Source of the DNA: the human T2T-CHM13v2.0 reference genome, Homo sapiens
Assembly (NCBI RefSeq): GCF_009914755.1
Contig: NC_060933.1
Direction: 5' to 3' (one strand)
Length of the DNA stretch: 64,000 nucleotides
Shown piece by piece: positions 42,574 through 54,970 of this stretch. A program made the translations under genes and the position numbers. The number at the start of each line of letters is the position of its first letter. Position 1 is the first letter of the stretch. Under the pieces are notes generated by a model that was given only the letters and a program-made list of their open reading frames with translations, searched no databases and was not told the origin of the DNA.

Positions 42574-45500
42574 GGAATGGAATGTAATGGAGTGTAAGGG
42601 AATTGAATAGAATCAATCCGAATGTAATGGAATGGAATGGAACGGAATGGAATGGAATGGAATGGAATGGAATGGAATGGAATGGAATGCAATGGAATGG
42701 AATCAACCCGAGTGCAATCGAATGGAATCGAATGGAATGGAATGCAATGGAATGGATTCAACTTCAATGGAATGGAAAGAATGGAATCAACACGAGTGGA
42801 ATGGCATGGATTGGAATGGAATGGAATGGAATCAACCGGAGTACAGGGGAATGGAATGTAATGGAATGCAATGGAATGGAATCATCCGTAATGGAATGGA
42901 AAGGAATGGAATGGAATGGAATGGAATGGAATGGAATGGAATGGAATCAACTCGATTGCAATCGAATGGAATGGAATGGAATTAACCCGAATAGAATGGA
43001 ATGGAATGGAATGGAATGGAACGGAACGGAACGGAATGGAATGGAATGGAATGGAATGGAATGGAATGGAACGGAACGGAACGGAACGGAATGGAATGGA
43101 ATGGAATGGAATGGAATGGAATCAACGCGAGTGCAGGGGAATGGAAAGGAATGGAATGCAATGGAATGGAATCTTCCGGAATGGAATGGAATGGAATGGA
43201 AAGGAATGAAATGCAATGGATTCAACTCGATTGAAATGGAATGGAATAGAATGGAATGGAATGGAATGGAATTAACCCGAATAGAATGGAATGGAATGCA
43301 ATGGAACGGAATGGAAAGGAATGGAATGGAATGGAATGCAGTGGAAGGGTATGGAATGGAATGGAATGGTACGGAATAGAATGGAACGGAACGAATTGTA
43401 ATGGAATGGAATGGAATGGAATGGAATGGAATGGAATCAACCCGAGTGCAATAGAATGGAGTGGAATGGAATGGAATGGAATGCAACAACCCGAATGGAA
43501 TGGAATGTAATGGAGAGTAAAGGAGTTGAATAGAATCAATCCGAATGTAATGGAATGGAATGCATCGGAATGGAATGGAATGGAATGGAATGGAATGCAA
43601 TGGAATGGAATCAACCCGAGTACAATGGAATGGAATGGAATGGAATGGAATGGAATGCCTTTAAACCGAATGGAATGGAAAGGAATGGAATCAACACGAG
43701 TGGAATGGAATGGAATGGAATGGAATGGAATGGAATAGAATGATACGGAATAGAATGGAATGGAACGAAATGGAATGGAATGGAATGGAATGCAATGGAA
43801 TTGAATCGTTCCGAGTGGAATAGGAGGGAATGTATTCGAGTGGAATGGAAAGGAATGGAATCAACCAGAGTGGAATGGAAGCGAATGGAATGGAATGCAA
43901 ACTAATAGAATGGAATCAACCTGAGTGGAATGGAATGGAAAGGACTGGAATGGAAAGGAATGGAATGGAATGGAATGGAATGGAATGGAATGGAATGGAA
44001 TCAACGCGAGTGCAGGGGAATGGAATGGAATCGAATGGAATGGAATGGAATGGAATGGAATCAACCCGAGTGCAGGGGAATGTAATGGAACGGAATGCAA
44101 TGGAATGGAATCATCCGGAATGGAATGGAATGGAATGGAATGGAATGGAATGGAATCAACCCGAGTGCAATGGAATGGAGTGGAATGGAGTGGAATGGAA
44201 TGGAATGGAATGGAACAACCCGAATGGAATGGAATGTAATGGAGAGTAAGGGAGTTGAAAAGAATCAATCCGAATGTAATGGAATGGAATGGAACGGAAT
44301 GGAATGGAATGGAATGAAATGGAATGGAATGGAATGCAATGGAATGGAATCAACCCGAGTACAATGGAACGGAATGGAATGGAATGTAATGGAATGGAAT
44401 GGAATGGAATGGAATGGAATGGAATCAACCCGAGTTCAATGGAATGGAGAGGAATGGAATGGAATGGAATGGAAACTACCCGAATGGACTGGAATGTATT
44501 GGAGTGTAAGGGAATTGAATAGAATCAATCCGAATGGAATGGAATGGAATGGAATGGAATGCAATGGAATGGAATCAACCCGAGTGCAATCGAATGGAAT
44601 CGAATGGAATGGAATGCAATGGAATGGATTCAACTTCAATGTAATGCAAAGAATGGAATCAACACGAGTGGAATGGCATGGATTGGAATAGAATGGAATG
44701 CAATCAAGCCGAGTACAGGGGAATGGAATGGAATGGAATGCAATGGAATGGAATCATCCGTAATGCAATGGAAAGGAATGGAATGGAATGGAATGGAATG
44801 GAATGGAATCAACTCGATTGCAATCGAATGGAATGGAATGGAATTAACCCGAATAGAGAGGAATGGAATGGAATGGAACGGAACGGAACGGAATGGAATG
44901 GAATGGAATGGAATGGAATGGAATCAACCCGACTGCAGGTGAATGGAATGGAATGGAATGCAATGGAATGGATTCAACTTGAATGGAATGGAAAGAATGG
45001 AATCAACACGAGTGGAATGGCATGGATTGGAATGGAATGGAATGGATCAACCCGAGTACAGGGGAATGGAATGGAATGGAATGCAATGGAATGGAATCAT
45101 CCGTAATGGAATGGAAAGGAATGGAATGGAATGGAATGGAATGGAATGGAATCAACTCGATTGCAATCGAATGGAATGGAATGGAATTAACCCGAATAGA
45201 ATGGAATGGAATGGAATGGAACGGAACGGAACGGAATGGAATGTAATGGATTGGAATGGAATGGAATGGAACGGAACGGAAAGGAATGGAATGGAATGGA
45301 ATGGAAAGGAATGGAATGGAATGGAATGGAATCAACTCGATTGCAATCGAATGGAATGGAATGGAATTAACCCGAATAGAATGGAATGGAATGGAACGGA
45401 ACGGAACGGAATGGAATGGAATGGAATGGAATGGAATGGAATGGAATGGAACGGAACGGAACGGATTGGATGGAATTGAATGGAATGGAATGGAATGGAA

Positions 45501-47950
45501 TCAACGCGAGTGCAGGGGAATGCAATGGAATGGAATGCAATGGAATGGAATCTTCCCGAATGGAATGGAATGGAATGGAATGGAATGGAATGGAATGGAA
45601 TGAAATGCAATTGATTCAACTCGACTGCAATGGAATGGAATAGAATGGAATGGAATGGAATGGAATGGAATGGAATGGAATGGACCCGAATAGAATGGAA
45701 TGGAATGGAATGGAACGGAATGGAACGGAATGGAATGGAATGGAATGGAATGGAATGGAATGGAATGGACCCGAATAGAATGGAATGGAATGGAATGGAA
45801 CGGAATGGAACGGAATGGAATGGAATGGAATGGAATGGAATGGAATGGTATGGAATGGAATGGAATGGTACGGAATAGAATGGAATGGAACGAATTGTAA
45901 TGGAATGGAATTGAATGGAATGCAATGGAATGGAATGGAATCAACGCGAGTGCAGGGGAATGTAATGGAACGGAATGCAATGGAATGGAATCATCCGGAA
46001 TGGAATGGAATGGAATGGAATCAACCCGAGTGCAATGGAATGGAGTGGAATGGAATGGAATGGAATGGAACAACCCAAATGGCATGGAATGTAATGGACA
46101 GTAAGGGAGTTGAATAGAATCAATCCGAAAGTAATGGAATGGAATGCAACGGAATGGAATGGAATGGAATGGAATGCAATGGAATGGAATCAACCCGAGT
46201 ACAATGGAATGGAATGGAATGGAATGGAATGGAATGGAATGCCTTCAAACCGAATGGAATGGAAAGGAATGGAATCAACACGAGTGGAATGGAATGGAAT
46301 GGAATGGAATGGAATGGAATGGAACGATACGGAATAGAATGGAATGGAACGAAATGGAATGGAATGGAATGGAATGGAATGGAATGGAATGGAATGGAAT
46401 CGTTCCGAGTTGAATAGGAGGGAATGTATTCGAGTGGAATGGAAAGGAATGGAATCAACCAGAGTGGAATGGAAGGGAATGGAATGGAATGGAAACTAAT
46501 AGAATGGAATCAACCCGAGTGGAATGGAATGGAAAAGACTGGAATGGAAAGGAATGGAATGGAATGGAATGGAACGGAAAGGAATGGAATGGAATGGAAT
46601 GGAATGGAATGGAATGGAATGGAATGGAATGGAATCAACGCGAGTGCAGGGGAATGGAATGGAATGGAATGCAATGGAATGGAATCTTCCGGAATGGAAT
46701 AGAATTGAATGGAATGGAATGGAATGGAATGGAATAAACCCGAGTGCAATGGAATGGAGTGGAATGGAATGGAATGGAATGGAACAACCCGAATGGAATG
46801 GAATGTAATGGAGACTAAGGGAGTTGAATAGAATCAATCCGAATGTAATGGAATGGTATGGAAGGGAATGGAATTGAATGGAATGGAATGGAATGCAATG
46901 GAATGGAATCAACCCGAGTGCAATGGAATGGAGAGGAATGGAATGGAAACTACCCGAATGGAATGGAATGTAATGGAGTGTAAGGGAATTGAATAGAATC
47001 AATCCGAATGTAATGGAATGGAAAGGAACGGAATGGAATGGAATGGTATGGAATGGAATGGAATGGAATGGAATGCAATGGAATGGAATCAACCCGAGTG
47101 CAACCGAATGGAATCGAATGGAATGGAATGCAATGGAATGGATTCAACTTGAATGGAATGGAAAGAATGAAATCAACACGAGTGGAAGGGCATGGATTGG
47201 AATGCAATGGAATGGAATCAACCCGAGTACAGGGGAATGGAATGGAATGGAATGCAATGGAATGGAATCATCCGTAATGGAATGGAAAGGAATGGAATGG
47301 AATGGAATGGAATGGAATGGAATGGAATGGAATCAACACGATTGCAATCGAATGGAATGGAATGGAATTAATCTGAATAGAATGGAATGGAATGGAATGG
47401 AACGGAACGGAACGGAATGGAATGGAATGGAACAGAACGGAACGGAACGGAACGGAACGGAATGGAATGGAATGGAATGGAATGGAATCAACGCGAGTGC
47501 AGGGGAATGGAATGGAATGGAATGCAATGGAATGGAATCTTCCGGAATGGAATGGAATGGAATGGAATGGAATGAAATGCAACGGATTCAACTCGATTGC
47601 AATGGAATGGAATAGAATGGAATGGAATGGAATGGAATGGAATAAACCCGAATAGAATGGAATGGAATGGAATGGAACGGAATGGAACGGAATGGAATGG
47701 AATGGAATGGAATGGTATGGAATGGAATGGAATGGTACGGAATAGAATGGAATGGAACGAATTGTAATGGAATGGAATTGAATGGAATGGAATGGAATGG
47801 AATGGAATCAACGCGAGTGCAGGGGAATGTAATGGAACGGAATGCAATGGAATGGAATCATCCGGAATGGAATGGAATGGAATGGAATGGAATGGAATGG
47901 AATGGAATCAACCCGAGTGCAATGGAATGGAGTGGAATGGAATGGAATGG

Positions 47951-50900
47951 AATGGAATGGAATGGAATGCAAAGGAATGGAATCAACCCGAGTGGAATGG
48001 CATGGAATGGAATGCAATGGAATGGAATGGAATGGAATGGAATGGAATGGAATGGAATGGAATGGAATGCAAAGGAATGGAATCAACCCGAGTGGAATGG
48101 CATGGAATGGAATGCAATGGAATGGAATGGAATGGAATGGAATGGAATGGAATGGAAAGGAATGGAATGGAATGGAATGGAATGGAATGGAATGAAATGG
48201 AATGGCATGGAATGGAATGGAATCAACCCGAGTTCAATGGAATTGAATGGAATGGAATGGAATGGAATGGAATGGAATCAACTCGATTGCAATGGAATGG
48301 AATGGAATGGGATGGAATGGAATGGAATGGAATGGAATGAAATTAACCCTAATAGAATGGAATGGAATGGAATGGAATGGAAAAGAATGGAATGGAAGGG
48401 AATGGAATGGAATGGAATGGAATGGAATTAACCCGAGTTCAATGGAATTGAATGGAATGGAATGGAATGGAATGGAATGGAATCAACTCGATTGCAATGG
48501 AATGGAATGGAATGGGATGGAATGGAATGGAATGGAATGGAATGGAATTAACCCTAATAGAATGGAATGGAATGGAATGGAATGGAATAGAATGGAATGG
48601 AAGGGAATGGAATGGAATGGAATGGAATGGAATTAACCCGAATAGAATGGAATGGAATGGAATGGAATGGAATGGAATGGAATGGAATCAACTCGATTTC
48701 AATGGAATGGAATGGAATGGAATGGAATGCAATGGAAGGGAATGGAATGGAATGGAATGAAATTAACCCGAATATAATGGAATGGAATGGAATGGAATGG
48801 AATGGAATAGAATGGAATCCACCCGAGTGCAAGGGAATGGAATGGAATGGAATGCAATGGAATGGAATCATACGGAATGGAATGGAATGGAATGGAATGC
48901 AATGGAATGGAATGGAATCACCCGATTGAAATGGAATGGAGTGGAATGGAATGGAATGGAATGGAAACAACCCGAAAGGAATGGAATGTAATGGAGAGTA
49001 AGGGAATTGAATAGAATCAATACGAATGTAATGGAATGGAATGGAACGGAATGGAATGCAATGAAATGGAATGGAATGCAATGGAATGGGATCAACCCGA
49101 GTGAAATGGAATGGAATCGAAAGGAATGGAATGGAATGGAATGGTTTCAACCCGAATGGAATGGAAAGGAATGGAATCAACCCGAGTGGAATGCAATGGA
49201 ATGGAATGGAATGGAATGGGTTCAACTCGAATGGAATGGAAAGGAATGGAATCAACCCGAGTGGAATGGCATGGAATGGAATGGAATGGAATGGAAGGGA
49301 ATGGAATGGAATGGAATTAACCTGAAGAGAATGGAAGGGAATGGAATGGAACGGAACGGAATGGAATGGAATGGAATGGAATGGAATGGAATGCAATGGA
49401 ATGGGATCAACCCGAGTACAGGGGAATGGAATGCAATGGAATGCAATGGAATGGAATCATCCCGAATGGAATGGAATGGAATGGAATGCAATGGAATGGA
49501 ATCAATCAACCCGAGTGCAATAGAATGCAGTGGAATGGAATGGAATGGTATGGAAACTACCCGAATGGAATAGAATGTAATGGAGTGTAAGGGAATTAAA
49601 AAGAATCAATCCGAATGTAATGGAATTGAATGGAACGGAATGGAAAGGAATGGAATGGAATGGAATGGAATGGAATTAACCGGAATAGAATGGAAAGGAA
49701 TGGAATGGAATGGAATGGAATGGAATGGAATGGAATGGAACGGAAAAGAATGGAATGGAAGGAAATGGAATGGAATGAAATGGAATGGAATGGAATGGAA
49801 TGGAATGGAATGGAATGGAATCAACCCGAGTGCAGGGGAATGGAATGGAATTGAAGGCAATGGAATGGAATCATCCGGAATTGAATGGAATGGAATGGAA
49901 TCAACTCCATTGCAATGGAATGCAATGGAATGCAATGGAATGGAATGGAATGGAATGGAATGGAATGGAATGGAATGGAATGGAATGGAATTAACCCGAA
50001 TAGAATGGAATTGAATGGAATGGAATGGAATGGAAGTAAATGGAATGGAATGGAATGAACCCGAGGGCAGGGGAATGGAATGGAATGGAATGCAATGGAA
50101 TGGAGTCATCCGGAATGGAACAGAAAGGAATGGAATGGAATCAACCCGTGTGCAATGGAAAGGAAAGGAATGGAATGGAATGGAAAGGAATGGAATGGAA
50201 TGGAATGGAATGGAATGGATTCAACCCGAATGGAATGGAAAGGAAGGGAATCAACCCAAGTGGAATGGCATGGAATGGAATGGAATGGAATGGAATGGAA
50301 TGGTACCGAATAGAATGGAATGGAACGAAATGGAATAGAATGGAATGGAATGGTATGGAAACAAACCGAATGGAATGGAATGAAATGGAGTGTAAGGGAA
50401 TTGAATACAATCAATCCGAATGTAATGGAATGGAATGGAACGGAATAGAATGGAATGGAATGGAATGCAGTGGAATGGAATCAAACCTAGTGCAATGGAA
50501 TGGAATGGAATGGAATGGAATGGAATGGAATGGAATGGATTCAACCCAAATGGAATGGAAAGCAATGGAATCAACCCGAGTGGAATGGCATGGAATGGAA
50601 TGGAACGGAATGGAATGGAATGGAATGGAATGGAATGGAATGGTACGGAATAGAATGGAATGGAACGAAATGGAATGGAATGGAATGGAATGGAACGGAA
50701 AGGAATGGAATGGATTCAACTCGAATGGAATGGAAAGGAATGGAATCAACCCGAGTGGAATAGCATGGATTGGAATGGAAAGGAATGGAATGGAATGGTA
50801 CGGAATAGAGTGGAATGGAACGAAATGGAATGGAATGGAATGGAATGGAATGGAATGGAATGGAATGGAATCAACCCGAGTGCAGGGGAATGGAGTGGAA

Positions 50901-52170
50901 TGGAAGGCAATGGAATGTAATCATCCGGAATGGAATGGAATGGAATGGAATGGAATGGAATGGAATGGAATCAACCTGAGTGCAGGGGAATGGAATGCAA
51001 TGGAATGCAATGGAATGGAATGGAATGGAATGCAATGGAAACAACTCGATTGCAATGGAATGGAATGGAAAGGAATGGAATGGAATGGAATGGAATTAAC
51101 CTGAACAGAATGGAATGGAATGGAATGGAATGGAACGGAATGGAATGGAATGGAATGGAATGGAATCAACCCGAGTGCAGGGGAATGGAATGGAATGGAA
51201 TGCAATGGAATGGATTCATCCGGAATGGAATGGAATGGAATGGAATGCAATGGAATAGAATCAATCAACCCGAGTGCAATGCAATGGAGTGGAATGGAAT
51301 GGAATGGAACGGAAACTACCCGAATGGAATGGAATGTAATGGAGTGTAAGGGAATTGAAAAGAATCAATCCGAATGTAATGGAATGGAATGGAACGGAAT
51401 GAAATGGAATGGCATGGAATGGAATGGAATCAACCCGAGTTCAATGGAATGGAATTGAACGGAATGGAATGGAAAGGAATGGATTCAACCCGAATGGAAT
51501 GGAAAGGAATGGAATGGAATGGAAAGGAATGGTACGGAATAGAATAGAATGGAAAGAAATGGAATGGAATGGAATGGAATGGAATGGAATGGACCCGTGT
51601 GCAATGGATTGGAATGGAATGGAATGGAATGGAATGGAATGGAATGGAATGGAATGGTTTCAACTCGAATGGAATGGAAAGGAATGGAATCAACCCGAGT
51701 GGAATGGCATGGAATGGAATGGAATGGAATGGAATGGAAAGGAATGGAATAGAATGAAATGGAATGGAATGGAATGGAATGGAAACAACACGAGTGCAAT
51801 GTAATGGAATCGAGTGGAATGGAATTGAATGGATAGGAATGGATTCAATCCGAATGGAATGGAAAGGAATGGAATAAACCCGAGAGGAATAGCATGGAAT
51901 GGAGTGGAATGGAATGGAATGGAATGGAATGGTATGGAATAGAATGGAATGGAACTAAATGGAATGGAATGGAATGGAATGGAATGGAATGGAATAGAAT
52001 GAACCCGTGTGTAATGGAATGGAATCGAATGGAATGGAATGGAATGGAATGGATTCAACTCGAATGGAATAGAAAGGAATGGAATCAACCCGAGTGGAAT
52101 AGCATGGATTGGAATGGAAAGGAATGGAATGGAATGGTACGGAATAGAGTGGAATGGAACGAAATGTAAT
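47951..52170 (+). repeat. HSat3 sub-domain, dialect A (copy 3)
   Basis: A markers return (ATCAATCAACCCGAG 49501, TTGAAGGCAA 49851, CAAACCTAG 50482, GAACCCGTGTG 52001) and B markers are absent. Confidence 0.6.
47960..48630 (+). repeat. Adjacent 100-bp and 205-bp tandem duplications
   Basis: GCAAAGGAATGGAATCAACCCGAGTGGAATGGCAT at 47969/48069. AGTTCAATGGAATTG at 48231/48436 and CCCTAATAG at 48347/48552. Confidence 0.88.
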
Positions 52171-54970
52171 GGAATGGAATGGAATGCAATGGAATGGAAT
52201 GGAGAGTAAGAGAGTTGAATAGAAACAGTCCGAATGTAATGGAATGGAATGCAACGCGATGGAATGGAATGGAATGGAATGGAATGCAATGGAATGGAAT
52301 CAACCCGAGTACAATGGAATGGAATGGAATGGAATGGAATGGAATGGAATTGAATGGAATGGAATGCCTTCAAACCGAATGGAATGGAAAGGAATTGAAT
52401 CAACAAGAGTGGAATGGAATGGAATGGAATGGAAAGGAATTGAATTGAATGGAATGGTACGGAATAGAATGGAATGGAAGGAAATGGAATGGAATGGAAT
52501 GGAATGGAATGGAATGGAATGGAATGGTTCCAAGTGGAATAGGAGGGAATGTATTCGAGTGGAATGGAAAGGAATGGAATCAACCAGAGTGGAATGGAAG
52601 GGAATGGAATGGAATGGAAACTAATAGAATGGAATCAACCCGAGTGGAATGGAATGGAAAGGACTGGAATGGAATGGAATGGAATGGAATGGAATGGAAT
52701 CAACTCGATTGTAATAGAATGGAATGGAATGGAATGGAATGGAATGAAATGGCATGGAATGGAATTAACCCGAATACAATGGAATGGAATGGAATGGAAG
52801 GGAATGGAGTGGAATGGAATGGAATCAACCCGAGTGCAGGGAAATGGAATGGAATGGAATGCAATGGAATGGAATCATCCGGAATGGAATGGAATGGAAT
52901 GGAATGGAATGCAAAGCAATGGAATCAACTCGATTGCAATGGAATGGAATGGAATGGAAAGGAATAGAATGGAATCAACCCGAGTGGAATGGAATGGAAA
53001 GGACTGGAATGGAGTGGAATGGAATGGAATGGAATGGAATGGAATCAACTCGATTGGAATGGAATGGAATGGAATGGAATGGAATGGAATGGAATCAACT
53101 CGATTGCAATCGAATGGAATGGAATGGAATTAACCCGAATAGAATGGAATGGAATGGAATGGAACGGAACGGAATGGAATGGAATGGAATGGAATGAAAT
53201 GGAACGGAACGGAACGGAACGGAATGGAATGGAAAGGAATGGAATGGAATGGAATCAACGCGAGTGCAGGGGAATGGAATGGAATGGAATGCAATGGAAT
53301 GGAATCTTCCGGAATGGAATGGAATGGAATGGAATGGAATGAAATGCAATGGATTCAACTCGATTGCAATGGAATGGAATGGAATTGAATGAAATGCAAT
53401 GGATTCAACTCGATTGCAATCGAATGGAATAGATTGGAATGGAATGGAATGGAATGGAATGGAATGGAATGGAATGGAATGGAATTAACCCGAATAGAAT
53501 GGAATGGAATGGAATGGAACGGAATGGAACGAAATGGAATGGAATGGAATGGAATAGAATGGAATGGTATGGAATGGAATGGAATGGTACGGAATAGAAT
53601 GGAATGGAACGAATTGTAATGGAATGGAATTGAATGGAATGGAATGGAATGGAATGGAATGGAATCAACGCGAGTGCAGGGGAATGTAATGGAACGGAAT
53701 GCAATGGAATGGAATCATCCGGAATGGAATGGAATGGAATGGAAAGGAATGGAATCAACCCGAGTGCAATGGAATGGAGTGGAATTGAATGGAATGGAAT
53801 GGAACAACCCGAATGGAATGGAATGGAATGGAGAGTAAGGGAGTTGAATAGAATCAATCCGAATGTAATGGAATGGAATGCAACGGATTGGAATAGAATG
53901 GAATGGGATGGAATGCAATGGAATGGAATCAACCCGAGTACAATGGAATGGAATGGAATGGAATGGAATGGAATGGAATGGAATGGAATGCCTTTAAACC
54001 GAATGGAATGGAAAGGAATGGAATCAACACGAGTGGAATGGAATGGAATGGAATGGAACAACCCGAATGGAACGGAATGTAATGGACAGTAAGGGAGTTG
54101 AATAGAATCAATCCGAATGTAATGGAATGGAATGGAACGGAATGGAATTGAATGGAATGGAATGGAATGCAATGGAATGGAATCAACCCGAGAGCAATGG
54201 AATGGAGAGGAATGGAATGGAATGGAATGGAAACTACCCGAATGGAATGGAATGTAATGGAGGGTAAGGGAATTGAATAGAATCAATCCGAATGTAATGG
54301 AATGGAATGGAACGGAATGGAATGGAATGGAATGGAATGGAATGGAATGGAATGCAATGTAATGGAATCAACCCGAGTGCAATTGAATGGAATCGAATGG
54401 AATGGAATGCAATGGAATGGATTCAACTTGAATGGAATGGAAAGAATGGAATCAACACGAGTGGAATGGCATGGATTGGAATGGAATGGAATGGAATCAA
54501 CCCGAGTACAGGGGAATGGAATGGAATGGAATGCAATGGAATGGAATCATCCGTAATGGAATGGAAAGGAATGGAATGGAATGGAATGGAATGGAATGGA
54601 ATCAACTCGACTGCAATCGAATGGAATGGAATGGAATTAACCCGAATAGAATGGAATGGAATGGAATGGAACGGAACGGAATGGAATGGAATGGAATGGA
54701 ATGGAATGGAATGGAATTGAACGGAACGGAATGGAATGGAATGGAATGGAATGGAATGGAATGGAATCAACGCGAGTGCAGGGGAATGGAATGGAATGGA
54801 ATGCAATGGAATGGAATCTTCCGGAAAGGAATGGAATGGAATGGAATGGAATGAAATGCAATGGATTCAACTCGATTGCAATGGAATGGAATAGAATGGA
54901 ATGGAATGGAATGGAATGGAATTAATCCGAATAGAATGGAATGGAATGGAATGGAACGGAATGGAATGGA
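52171..54970 (+). repeat. HSat3 sub-domain, dialect B (copy 3)
   Basis: GCCTTCAAACCG ~52366, TAGGAGGGAATGTATT ~52540, CAACGCGAG, and TCTTCCGG elements at 53301 and 54813. Confidence 0.6.

Larger units (their letters stand above)
21501..47950 (+). repeat. HSat3 sub-domain, dialect B (copy 2) with irregular ~2.6-3.7 kb higher-order repeat
   Basis: The TAGGAGGGAATGTAT landmark recurs at ~22570, 25857, 28772, 32464, 39296, 41155, 43821 and 46415, with largely the same module order between landmarks. Confidence 0.7.
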
